Below, one piece after another: positions 21,550 to 34,199 of a DNA stretch of 64,000 bases. Below the pieces are notes generated by a model. The model was not told the DNA's origin, made no database searches, and saw only the letters and a list, made by a program, of their open reading frames with translations. The translations under genes were made by a program, and so were the position numbers. The number at the start of each line of letters is the position of its first letter. Positions within the stretch are counted from its first letter, which is position 1. The DNA is from Barthelona sp. PCE (Eukaryota), in the NCBI GenBank assembly GCA_040285745.1, contig JAUFOR010000008.1, positions 1 through 64,000 on the forward strand, read 5' to 3'.

Positions 21550-21863
21550 ACACACTAGCAAGTTTTACTCCTTTGATAGAGTAACATGCACTCGAAGTAA
21601 GAATCATCTTGTTGCCCCTGGCTGTCTGTTGATGTCTACTGAGAGTAAAGAAGACGAGAAAGAGGTGGAAAACGTAGATTTACGTTTCTTCCCTCTTTTG
21701 AGACTTATTATTTTATTTATTTTTAAACTATTGTGGGTGTAGGTACGAGGTACCTGCGTCCTCAGTAGGCTCGTCTTCTTCTGAATCCCACTCTGAAACT
21801 CAGTAAACACACTAGCAAGTTTTACTCCTTTGATAGAGTAACATGCACTCGAAGTAAGAATCA
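21477..21863 (+). repeat. Element B 3' split direct repeats B1-A2-B2
   Basis: The 130-bp B repeat occurs twice, flanking a ~123-bp copy of the 5' A repeat. Confidence 0.95.
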
Positions 21864-22855
21864 AGTCTAGGATACAGTGGAGGAATGCCACTGGGACTGC
21901 AGTTTTTTGACGACTAGCGTGGTATTGTCTTCTCTTCCAAGAATTTTCAGGGTTGCCGAGGCAAGTGAAGCTCTCGTTTATAATTCTATACCACCGGGAG
22001 CTATCGTTGGAGACATTGTTTTCTTCTAAAACGGGCAGGATTCCTGGGAAGAGGCCTCCGTTGTTGTAGTTGAGGGTTCTGGTGGCGCCGAACGTGGTTT
22101 TGAGGATTTCAATCAGGTTATCCCAGCCTGGCTCTGGGGCCAAGCTTGGGCTCTTCCGTCATCCGAGCCATGAAGCCTTTTATCCTTCCCCATGGCCTCA
22201 GGGTCAAATGGGCGGGCGAACGCATTCATGGATGGGTCTGTACCCCCTTGTGGAACCACAAAGTTGGGGGCCATTTGCTCCATCAGCGCCTCCTCGACAT
22301 ACCGGGATATGTCGCCCGAATTCCCCCTGAATGTATCGATAATCTCGTCCCGCATTGCCACGATGTTACTCATGGCAGGGGCTTGAGGACCGCCTCAAAC
22401 GCGGCCTCATCGAAGTCGCTGGTCGCCTGGAGCTTCGCACGGGCACCCTGTGCAAATTTCCTGACACGGTCATGCAGAGGATACACAAGCTTAAAAAGCA
22501 TGTCCCAGGCATTTTGTGCGACTCCTGAACTCGACCTCCTAAGGTCGGATGTTGCCTTTCTTATTTCGGCCGCGGTGGCCTCCGCGGTGGGCATGCCCAT
22601 GAAGAGAAGAAGTAACGCGTACTTCTCCCTTTCACCGTCCTCGCTGCTGCCTCTGTCCCACACCGCAGTGGGGATGGGCTCGTTATGGTTTAGCAGCGGG
22701 ATCTCATCTACAATGTGCACCAATGATGCCAAGAGGACGGGTAGTACACTCTTGCACAGGTGGGACACTTTCTTGAGCTTCCAGAGCTCTGGACTATCCT
22801 TGAGGCTATACATGGCCTCAAAGACCATCTCTGCCATGTCCACGACCCTCCTCAC
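21864..22855 (-). CDS. 5' part of the element A gag-like ORF1 (fragments 22370-22855, 22113-22373 and 21864-22143; breaks fall at G/C runs)
   Basis: The second copy bridges the breaks (FEAVLKPPPMSNIVAM; EEPKLGPEPGWD). First ATG is at 22837. Confidence 0.8.
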
Positions 22856-22973
22856 GGGCTCCTTGTAGTTTGTTTTTAAATTTCTAAAACTTAAACATTC
22901 TATTCCCTCATTTTACATAACTCGACATTGAACAAAGGATTTAAATCTCAATATATATCAATCTTTGACGGGT

Positions 22974-23113
22974 TTTTTTTGAATTCAGGAAAGAAATCGA
23001 AAAGCAGTTACTCGAGTCCGAGTAACTTAGCTAGGATTATTCTTTAACTCTCACTATCAGTGTATGTCATCTAGGTTTCGGGTGCATCAAGATTCCGATT
23101 GCCATCAACTACA
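22974..23113 (-). repeat. Element A 5' repeat A1
   Basis: Identical to 10393-10532. Confidence 0.93.
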
Positions 23114-23122
23114 AGCAGTAAC

Positions 23123-26100
23123 AGGTCCTCTGGGGCGCCCCACGTACTCTACGACCACCAATATACGCCATTTGAGCCCATATGCCTGCGTAAGGTAGAT
23201 GAAGACTTTGGTAAATTTGGGTCACGTTATGCCGGTTTTGTCAAGATACTTGTCCACAAGCTCTACTCAGAGTGTGCCTACTGCAAACTTCAGAATTTAT
23301 TTTTCCAAGATATGATTTGTGGTAGCTTATGGAGTTCACGATTTTTAACATCACTTCATTCGATCATTATGCCCCGCACACGGGCCCAAGCTGTCCCCCA
23401 CGACACTGTGTTATCATTATATGCATGCCACGACGCTATTTTCATGGTTTCGTGCGTTTTGCAACTGTGTCGTGTTCTGTCGCTAAAACTGACAAGTAGT
23501 GTGGTAGAATATCTCTACCGACAGTCACAGCTCAACCTTGTGACCCTTTCTCCTTACAACACATTATCAGATACATTTTCAGATACTGTATATTTACCTT
23601 CCCCGCTTCCAGAGTGGGATGATGATGATGATTATTATTTGTATGAAGAGCAAGAAGTATCTAGGACTCCTCCTGCAGCTTATGTACCCAATCCAGAAAT
23701 AGAGAGGGTATATGAGGATATCGAAACAATGTTAGCCAATCCAATTGTTACTACGCCACATAGTCCTTTGCAAACACTTATGTATCTTAAGGAAGATGTC
23801 AAGTACCAACTAACAGAGTTCGGTGAGCAGATGTTGTCAATAATTCAAAGGACGAAAGTTTCTTCAAACAACAGGAGAGCCCCGTCCATAGAAATAATTC
23901 GACAAAATGTTCATGATCAGTGGAGTGGCTTGTGCACTGACGCAGATTGGTTGTCTTTACGCAGTATTGAAGGTGAGAAGATGGAAACCGTTGGTGTACG
24001 TCTTTCAAGCCCAGGTACACGAGGACAACTCGTTATTGCACATGCTATCCTGAAAGTATGCAGCACTGGCGTTGATGCAAACGAGATTGTACATGCTATC
24101 AATGAGAAGTTTGGAGACGAGAGATTCACACATTTGGATGACACTATAAGGCGTGTCGCTTCTGAGGAAAAGGAAGATGAGCGTTGCAGGATTTTACATC
24201 CGGCAGCAATCAATTTCGTTAGAAGTGTGTCTTGTATGAAATTCAGAATGGACTCGCGTGGCCAGAATGTTTATCATTGGCAGAATGTAGAACCGTTCAC
24301 GGATAATTTCTATTTCGTGATGTTTGCGTTTATCAAGGCCTGTTTGGAATTTAATGGAAGTAGAAACTTGTACGAGCTCTTCCCATTTTTTAGTAGTAGA
24401 ATGATTCCTCTACTCAGTCATATTTTTTAAGGTGGAAAGTGATCCAGAATCGCATGATTCTGTCTTCCAAGAAGTTGGAGCGCCAGCATTGGTTAACCGG
24501 AACCAGTCACAGTCACATACATTGGATGTTGACCCGGTAGATACTAACCCGACGCCTTCAATTCCTGTTACGAGCAGTGTTACCAACCAAGCTCCTCCTA
24601 TTATGAGCAATGTTACATACCCAGTTTCAAGTTCTCGTATGGAATACACTTTCCCCATTTTACTGTACGACCCGCTGGTCCGATTCAATCGACTTTGTGC
24701 AACTGACGGTAATAGCGAAATTGCTGAGAGAAGAGTTGCTGAAGATTTCTTTGGAGAACTTCTGGGCGCTTATTGCGCTAATCCACCGCGATTGCCTCAG
24801 TGGCAGAGCGGTAATATTGAAACACTTGTGAGAATCAAGGAGTTTGTCAACAAATTGTCCGGGGTCCTGGCTCTACATTCTTTACGACCAGACCTAGACA
24901 AAGACGATGCTCTAGAAGTTTTTAATGAGTTTGTTTTTCAGAAAGTTATCGAGAACCAAGATAATTTAATTGGTGATAAGAAATCAAGAAAGCTATATTT
25001 CTGTGTCCTGAAGATTGGTTTGTTAATACGGAATACTCCATTACGTGAGTCTCAACGATGTATAGGCGAGGCTCTAATAGTTGCAGCTTCTGCGCTATGT
25101 TTTGGTAAGACGCCGAGGCAACGTTCCAATCAGCCATCCGTTGAGTCTAGGGGAGTCTGTAAGCCTTCGTATGAAGAAGTACGCAGACGCCAACCAACCA
25201 GGAAAGGCCATAAGGCTAGCAAAGAGTCAAGGTACCATGCCTTTATCAGATACTAACGTGCTGGAACAGATGCAATCAAAGCATCCAGTCAGTGCACCAG
25301 TTTCTGATGCGATTCTGCGCGAAACCATGAGTTCTTTCAAGAGAGGTGAGTGGGACCCTGAGGAATTCATAATATCGAAAGATATGGTGTATGAGACCAC
25401 CAAAAAAGTCAAAAAGTACATTTCTGCCGGTGCCGATGGAGTGATGCCATATTTACTTAAGTTATTTGTGGCTGAAATCTATCGTAACGATCGCTACATG
25501 GATGCTTTTACTCAAGTTATCAATGATTATGCGTTCGGATCGCGCCCGTGGGCCCTTTGGAATATCCGACTAATTGCTCTTAACAAAAAGCATGTGGAGG
25601 AGCTTCAAGAGGGTGAGCATATGCCTGTACGCCCCATCGCAGTTGCCTCTGCACTCGGTGGTATCGCTGATAAGATCATCGCGAGTCAAGATCTGAAGTT
25701 TCAGTCTGAACGTGTCAAAAAGTACTTGTTTAAACACAAACAATTCGGTGCTGGGATGCGGGATGCTACTGCTTTGGTCGCAAACCTCGTGGATGTTAAT
25801 CTAAAGCGAAGTGATCGTAATGTTGCTCTTGTTATTGACATTGCTAACGCCTTCAACAGCGTTCGTCGTGACAAGCTGCTGCATATTGTCGCTGCACATG
25901 CTCCTTGGTGCTTCCAAGCATATCATCAGATGTGCAAAAGGCCAATTCCGATTTGGTCGAATGGAGAGCGCCTTCCTTTTGATAGTTGTATGGGCGTGTT
26001 ACAGGGTAACGCAACGTCTCCGTTGTTGTTTGCTCTTCTTATTGCTGAAGTTTTGAAGGATACGAAAGCCGTAGCCCCAGATTCAGTCAATATGTACGCG

Positions 26101-28049
26101 TATGCTGACGATATTTATATTGTTGGTGAACCATCAACTGTCATGTCAACCTTTGATGTAATCAAGGGTAAGCTCGAGTTCTATAACCTGAAAGTGAATG
26201 CTGAGAAGTGTGAGCTGGTGGGGTATGGAGCCGGGAGTATTGCTTTCGCTTCAAGGATATTTCCAAGAGGTGAAGAGCAAGAGAACATCGCTACCCACAA
26301 CTTGTTTTTAGCTTTTTTATCAATTGTTAGGTACTCAGATTGGCGACTTTAATGTTAGTCATGCATGCGCAAGATTTAGCAATGGCGTCAAACAACTTCT
26401 CGAGTATATAAGTCCAGGGACAGCTTTGTTCAAGTATCTTGCTTCTATGTCGATTGATCAGATGCTCATTCATCACGTACGCTCGGTGACTCTCACTGAA
26501 GATGCGGTTGATGATATGGAAAGGACCATCAAACAGAATTTACTTCTTGAGATGATTCCTGGAGCCGATGAGTTATCGATCGATGAAGCTCCAACTCTCC
26601 GTTATCCTTTGTCTCTTGGTGGGACTGGTTGTCTAGACTTTGTGTTTCTCCACAAAATAGCTGACTTGGCAAGTACCGCTTCGGTAAGTAGCTCAATCAA
26701 GCGTTTCAATTTGATTGAGTGGTCGGATTTCACTAGGCTTAGCCCACGTTATTTGGCCGCAGCTAGATTCAACTATGACAAAGATAACAAACCCTACTTT
26801 ATGCCGGATGCTCATTACCAAGATGAGGATTGCCAACACAAACTTGTGGAAGCAGTTTCTCTTAACAGTGAAACAAAGCATGAATTTGCTTCAAATTTAC
26901 TGTGGCTTGCCGTAAACTATGGGCAGCACACTCAGATGGAGTCGTACGATGTTGAGATCAGTATGGCTACTAATATTGTGCGTCAAAAAAGCAAACTACA
27001 AAACATTCTCACAAAACGTTTTTTTCGAATTGTTTGATTATGCGATCAAACATTGTCGTTTCCATCCAGAATCATTTATATCCCGAGACGCCTTGATGTC
27101 TCAGCGTTCTGTTGCCTGGTCACTCGATGCTACCGTCGCCACATGGCCCCAAAGGTCAGTTGCCAATATTCATTCAATGTTTGATGAGCGTTACATGTTT
27201 GGTTATGCTTTAGCCGGTATATACCAATTGTTGTTCCCTGAACTTCGCGAAATGTACGCCTCTGGGCGGTGCAACTTCTGTGGAGAGAAGGTTTTGGACA
27301 GAAGAAGTCATCATTATTCTTGTTCAAAAAATCACGGTCTTGTCGTCAAACTGCACAACAACATTCTTGAGAAAACAGTTGATACTGTTCGAAAGTCAGG
27401 AAATGCTCATATTTTCAACTTGGATAAGCCAATTCCTAAAAGAAAGTTTGAGGAGTACAGTGACATACATCGTGTACAATTGGGTTGGACACATGAACGG
27501 TACGAAAGTGGTGAGTCGTGCCCCAATCGGAAAGAACGTAAGCGACCAGATTTTGCAATACTGGAAGCAAGCGGACCCAAGGTTGTGGTGGATGTTATGA
27601 CTACATCGCCGTTCACGAGCAAAGATCGAGGTCACGTACGTGCAGCCTATTTTTACAAGAAGCTAAATAAGTACAAAAACTTTGATGACCCGCCGGTCAA
27701 GATTATGGCCGTTGCGCACGGAGGAGCCATTTGGGATCCGATGTTGTGGGAACCGACGTCGAAGGCACGCGAGAAATACAATTTCGAGCTAGCTTACACG
27801 TCGTGGGAACAGGTGCTCGAGTCGTTGAACGAGAGATCAACGTCGCAATCAATTAAGACCAGTGGAACGAAACTTAAAAAAGGTCTTAGCTACCATCTAT
27901 TTGCTTTTCACGCTTATGCTATGAAGAACATTATGAGGGCAGCAAGGAGCAGGCGTAGAGTCTGATACTAACAGTTAGCAGAAGACCAAGGAACAGTACA
28001 TACGAGAATCCGGGACAGCTTGCTCGAAAACTAATAAACTATTTACTAC
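23123..28049 (+). mobile_element. CRE-like retrotransposon copy 2 (preceded by only the last 9 bp of the 31-bp repeat)
   Basis: Near-identical to copy 1. The ORF is broken only at homopolymers. Confidence 0.92.
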
Positions 28050-28791
28050 CGCTATTTTTTCGATGATTCCGAGCAGTAACATGAAAATCGCATCGCCTGT
28101 CATATTATTTGATCATAAACGAGACTATTTGCAGAATATGGACCAAGAAGGTTTTAGACCTGATGGGATACATGGAACACGCGTAGAAGGCAGCCCTGAA
28201 CCCGTTCAGACTACTGGAAACGCCGAAAATGGTGTTAGTTTTGAGAAAAAAAAAGACTCGTGTTGTGATGGAAGTGCAGCTATTTCAAACTCGGAGGACG
28301 TCGTTCTGGTGTCGTTACGATCGCTGAATACGAAAAAATGGGCACAAATAGTGAATATGAAGAAAACGTTTTTAGTTGTGATGCAGAACGATTCTAAAGG
28401 GGTTAGACCCAGCAGATCAGCATGTATCGGGTGCGTAGACGCGCTTTTACAAGCACAGAAACGCCCAAACAACTTTGAACAAAATTCAAATTCCAAAACT
28501 TCTACAGTGATGGTTTTTTCGCTATTTCCATGTCCTGGCCCTCCTCAAGAGGCGCTTTCGACGTATTCAAGCAGGGAATTTTTGTTGCAGATGCATGATG
28601 CGGGGATTTTGTTGTTTTACAGCAGATTTCAGCCATGGCAAGACACTACGTCAAGCTTTGTTAGAGTGTTTTATCCCATGGGTCCCCCTGCGGGCATGAG
28701 ACATCTTTATAATCATGCCATCTCGCTTTACAATTTTCAATCAATTTCAAGCCGTTTCGCCGCTATTTTTTCGATGATTCCGAGCAGTAAC
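28050..28791 (+). repeat. Complete 711-bp module with 31-bp direct repeats (28050-28080 and 28761-28791)
   Basis: The exact 31-bp repeats are 711 bp apart. A 237-codon open frame runs into the CRE ORF. Confidence 0.93.
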
Positions 28792-31700
28792 AGGTCCTCT
28801 GGGGCGCCCCACGTACTCTACGACCACCAATATACGCCATTTGAGCCCATATGCCTGCGTAAGGTAGATGAAGACTTTGGTAAATTTGGGTCACGTTATG
28901 CCGGTTTTGTCAAGATACTTGTCCACAAGCTCTACTCAGAGTGTGCCTACTGCAAACTTCAGAATTTATTTTTCCAAGATATGATTTGTGGTAGCTTATG
29001 GAGTTCACGATTTTTAACATCACTTCATTCGATCATTATGCCCCGCACACGGGCCCAAGCTGTCCCCCACGACACTGTGTTATCATTATATGCATGCCAC
29101 GACGCTATTTTCATGGTTTCGTGCGTTTTGCAACTGTGTCGTGTTCTGTCGCTAAAACTGACAAGTAGTGTGGTAGAATATCTCTACCGACAGTCACAGC
29201 TCAACCTTGTGACCCTTTCTCCTTACAACACATTATCAGATACATTTTCAGATACTGTATATTTACCTTCCCGCTTCCAGAGTGGGATGATGATGATGAT
29301 TATTATTTGTATGAAGAGCAAGAAGTATCTAGGACTCCTCCTGCAGCTTATGTACCCAATCCAGAAATAGAGAGGGTATATGAGGATATCGAAACAATGT
29401 TAGCCAATCCAATTGTTACTACGCCACATAGTCCTTTGCAAACACTTATGTATCTTAAGGAAGATGTCAAGTACCAACTAACAGAGTTCGGTGAGCAGAT
29501 GTTGTCAATAATTCAAAGGACGAAAGTTTCTTCAAACAACAGGAGAGCCCCGTCCATAGAAATAATTCGACAAAATGTTCATGATCAGTGGAGTGGCTTG
29601 TGCACTGACGCAGATTGGTTGTCTTTACGCAGTATTGAAGGTGAGAAGATGGAAACCGTTGGTGTACGTCTTTCAAGCCCAGGTACACGAGGACAACTCG
29701 TTATTGCACATGCTATCCTGAAAGTATGCAGCACTGGCGTTGATGCAAACGAGATTGTACATGCTATCAATGAGAAGTTTGGAGACGAGAGATTCACACA
29801 TTTGGATGACACTATAAGGCGTGTCGCTTCTGAGGAAAAGGAAGATGAGCGTTGCAGGATTTTACATCCGGCAGCAATCAATTTCGTTAGAAGTGTGTCT
29901 TGTATGAAATTCAGAATGGACTCGCGTGGCCAGAATGTTTATCATTGGCAGAATGTAGAACCGTTCACGGATAATTTCTATTTCGTGATGTTTGCGTTTA
30001 TCAAGGCCTGTTTGGAATTTAATGGAAGTAGAAACTTGTACGAGCTCTTCCCATTTTTTAGTAGTAGAATGATTCCTCTACTCAGTCATATTTTTTAAGG
30101 TGGAAAGTGATCCAGAATCGCATGATTCTGTCTTCCAAGAAGTTGGAGCGCCAGCATTGGTTAACCGGAACCAGTCACAGTCACATACATTGGATGTTGA
30201 CCCGGTAGATACTAACCCGACGCCTTCAATTCCTGTTACGAGCAGTGTTACCAACCAAGCTCCTCCTATTATGAGCAATGTTACATACCCAGTTTCAAGT
30301 TCTCGTATGGAATACACTTTCCCCATTTTACTGTACGACCCGCTGGTCCGATTCAATCGACTTTGTGCAACTGACGGTAATAGCGAAATTGCTGAGAGAA
30401 GAGTTGCTGAAGATTTCTTTGGAGAACTTCTGGGCGCTTATTGCGCTAATCCACCGCGATTGCCTCAGTGGCAGAGCGGTAATATTGAAACACTTGTGAG
30501 AATCAAGGAGTTTGTCAACAAATTGTCCGGGGTCCTGGCTCTACATTCTTTACGACCAGACCTAGACAAAGACGATGCTCTAGAAGTTTTTAATGAGTTT
30601 GTTTTTCAGAAAGTTATCGAGAACCAAGATAATTTAATTGGTGATAAGAAATCAAGAAAGCTATATTTCTGTGTCCTGAAGATTGGTTTGTTAATACGGA
30701 ATACTCCATTACGTGAGTCTCAACGATGTATAGGCGAGGCTCTAATAGTTGCAGCTTCTGCGCTATGTTTTGGTAAGACGCCGAGGCAACGTTCCAATCA
30801 GCCATCCGTTGAGTCTAGGGAGTCTGTAAGCCTTCGTATGAAGAAGTACGCAGACGCCAACCAACCAGGAAAGGCCATAAGGCTAGCAAAGAGTCAAGGT
30901 ACCATGCCTTTATCAGATACTAACGTGCTGGAACAGATGCAATCAAAGCATCCAGTCAGTGCACCAGTTTCTGATGCGATTCTGCGCGAAACCATGAGTT
31001 CTTTCAAGAGAGGTGAGTGGGACCCTGAGGAATTCATAATATCGAAAGATATGGTGTATGAGACCACCAAAAAAGTCAAAAAGTACATTTCTGCCGGTGC
31101 CGATGGAGTGATGCCATATTTACTTAAGTTATTTGTGGCTGAAATCTATCGTAACGATCGCTACATGGATGCTTTTACTCAAGTTATCAATGATTATGCG
31201 TTCGGATCGCGCCCGTGGGCCCTTTGGAATATCCGACTAATTGCTCTTAACAAAAAAGCATGTGGAGGAGCTTCAAGAGGGTGAGCATATGCCTGTACGC
31301 CCCATCGCAGTTGCCTCTGCACTCGGTGGTATCGCTGATAAGATCATCGCGAGTCAAGATCTGAAGTTTCAGTCTGAACGTGTCAAAAAGTACTTGTTTA
31401 AACACAAACAATTCGGTGCTGGGATGCGGGATGCTACTGCTTTGGTCGCAAACCTCGTGGATGTTAATCTAAAGCGAAGTGATCGTAATGTTGCTCTTGT
31501 TATTGACATTGCTAACGCCTTCAACAGCGTTCGTCGTGACAAGCTGCTGCATATTGTCGCTGCACATGCTCCTTGGTGCTTCCAAGCATATCATCAGATG
31601 TGCAAAAGGCCAATTCCGATTTGGTCGAATGGAGAGCGCCTTCCTTTTGATAGTTGTATGGGCGTGTTACAGGGTAACGCAACGTCTCCGTTGTTGTTTG

Positions 31701-33711
31701 CTCTTCTTATTGCTGAAGTTTTGAAGGATACGAAAGCCGTAGCCCCAGATTCAGTCAATATGTACGCGTATGCTGACGATATTTATATTGTTGGTGAACC
31801 ATCAACTGTCATGTCAACCTTTGATGTAATCAAGGGTAAGCTCGAGTTCTATAACCTGAAAGTGAATGCTGAGAAGTGTGAGCTGGTGGGGTATGGAGCC
31901 GGGAGTATTGCTTTCGCTTCAAGGATATTTCCAAGAGGTGAAGAGCAAGAGAACATCGCTACCCACAACTTAAGCTTAGCTTTTTATCAATTGTTAGGTA
32001 CTCAGATTGGCGACTTTAATGTTAGTCATGCATGCGCAAGATTTAGCAATGGCGTCAAACAACTTCTCGAGTATATAAGTCCAGGGACAGCTTTGTTCAA
32101 GTATCTTGCTTCTATGTCGATTGATCAGATGCTCATTCATCACGTACGCTCGGTGACTCTCACTGAAGATGCGGTTGATGATATGGAAAGGACCATCAAA
32201 CAGAATTTACTTCTTGAGATGATTCCTGGAGCCGATGAGTTATCGATCGATGAAGCTCCAACTCTCCGTTATCCTTTGTCTCTTGGTGGGACTGGTTGTC
32301 TAGACTTTGTGTTTCTCCACAAAATAGCTGACTTGGCAAGTACCGCTTCGGTAAGTAGCTCAATCAAGCGTTTCAATTTGATTGAGTGGTCGGATTTCAC
32401 TAGGCTTAGCCCACGTTATTTGGCCGCAGCTAGATTCAACTATGACAAAGATAACAAACCCTACTTTATGCCGGATGCTCATTACCAAGATGAGGATTGC
32501 CAACACAAACTTGTGGAAGCAGTTTCTCTTAACAGTGAAACAAAGCATGAATTTGCTTCAAATTTACTGTGGCTTGCCGTAAACTATGGGCAGCACACTC
32601 AGATGGAGTCGTACGATGTTGAGATCAGTATGGCTACTAATATTGTGCGTCAAAAAGCAAACTACAAAACATTCTCACAAAACGTTTTTCGAATTGTTTG
32701 ATTATGCGATCAAACATTGTCGTTTCCATCCAGAATCATTTATATCCCGAGACGCCTTGATGTCTCAGCGTTCTGTTGCCTGGTCACTCGATGCTACCGT
32801 CGCCACATGGCCCCAAAGGTCAGTTGCCAATATTCATTCAATGTTTGATGAGCGTTACATGTTTGGTTATGCTTTAGCCGGTATATACCAATTGTTGTTC
32901 CCTGAACTTCGCGAAATGTACGCCTCTGGGCGGTGCAACTTCTGTGGAGAGAAGGTTTTGGACAGAAGAAGTCATCATTATTCTTGTTCAAAAATCACGG
33001 TCTTGTCGTCAAACTGCACAACAACATTCTTGAGAAAACAGTTGATACTGTTCGAAAGTCAGGAAATGCTCATATTTTCAACTTGGATAAGCCAATTCCT
33101 AAAAGAAAGTTTGAGGAGTACAGTGACATACATCGTGTACAATTGGGTTGGACACATGAACGGTACGAAAGTGGTGAGTCGTGCCCCAATCGGAAAGAAC
33201 GTAAGCGACCAGATTTTGCAATACTGGAAGCAAGCGGACCCAAGGTTGTGGTGGATGTTATGACTACATCGCCGTTCACGAGCAAAGATCGAGGTCACGT
33301 ACGTGCAGCCTATTTTTACAAGAAGCTAAATAAGTACAAAAACTTTGATGACCCGCCGGTCAAGATTATGGCCGTTGCGCACGGAGGAGCCATTTGGGAT
33401 CCGATGTTGTGGGAACCGACGTCGAAGGCACGCGAGAAATACAATTTCGAGCTAGCTTACACGTCGTGGGAACAGGTGCTCGAGTCGTTGAACGAGAGAT
33501 CAACGTCGCAATCAATTAAGACCAGTGGAACGAAACTTAAAAAGGTCTTAGCTACCATCTATTTGCTTTTCACGCTTATGCTATGAAGAACATTATGAGG
33601 GCAGCAAGGAGCAGGCGTAGAGTCTGATACTAACAGTTAGCAGAAGACCAAGGAACAGTACATACGAGAATCCGGGACAGCTTGCTCGAAAACTAATAAA
33701 CTATTTACTAC
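28792..33711 (+). mobile_element. CRE-like retrotransposon copy 3
   Basis: Near-identical to copy 2, with the same 3' flank as copy 1. Confidence 0.92.
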
Positions 33712-33979
33712 AAAAATGAAGTTAAAACGTATAAAAACGTAAAAAAAAACAACTCACAAAAACTACGGTTTTCAATATAGAACACTTAAAAAAAGTGTGA
33801 TTGTTGACATTAATCAGACCTCAAACGATATTAAGTTCATTATAGGCAATATAATGATTGAAAAAAAAAAGCAAAATTTTTCTACTTTCTAAATAACCTT
33901 GCTCCTTATTCCTATAGACCTGAAAACACGTTTACAGACCGTTTTCGTGCATTCTGACGGTTCAAAAATGCAAATAAAA

Positions 33980-34097
33980 AGCTTACAGCACTTGGGATTC
34001 CGCGGGCTCTCGCAACGCAGTACTAACCAAGCCCTAACCTGCTTAACCTCAGTGTTCGGGATGAGAACTGGCGTTTCCAGGTTGGTATGGCCGAAGC
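33980..34097 (-). rRNA. 5S rRNA: 5S rRNA gene, second copy
   Basis: Matches 9787-9905 except for a 1-nt homopolymer deletion. Confidence 0.93.
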
Positions 34098-34199
34098 TGG
34101 AAATCTTAGTCGATTTTCAAAACTCGGATCTACATACCAAAATGTTGTAAAAAAAAATCTCAAGTTCGTGGCTTCACTAATAAATTCAATGGAAGGGCG

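Larger units (their letters stand above)
15249..21863 (+). mobile_element. Tyrosine-recombinase retrotransposon 'element B' (split direct repeats A1...B1-A2-B2), apparently intact
   Basis: A1 15249-15371 matches A2 21603-21726. B1 21477-21606 matches B2 21734-21863. ATCA is present at both ends and at the B1/A2 junction. Confidence 0.95.
10010..23113 (-). mobile_element. Tyrosine-recombinase retrotransposon 'element A' (DIRS order, split-direct-repeat PAT/Ngaro-like structure), interrupted by element B
   Basis: On the minus strand: A1 (22974-23113), gag, RT/RH, YR, B1 (10533-10645), A2 (10393-10532), spacer, B2 (10010-10122). Confidence 0.92.

Noticed and set aside
22146-22868. 240-aa plus-strand ORF
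   Set aside because: It is antisense to the GC-rich gag of element A, whose frame is supported by the empty-site reconstruction.
28050-28080. 31-bp repeat as a spliced-leader exon (CGCTATT and CTATTTTTTCG resemble euglenozoan SL fragments)
   Set aside because: The match is short and low-complexity, and no GT donor follows the resembling segment. Not supportable without transcripts.
28525-28560. HDV-like ribozyme resemblance (CATGTCCTGGCCCTCCTCAAGAGGCGC)
   Set aside because: I could not build the P1/P1.1/P2/P4 pairings by eye. It needs a descriptor search.
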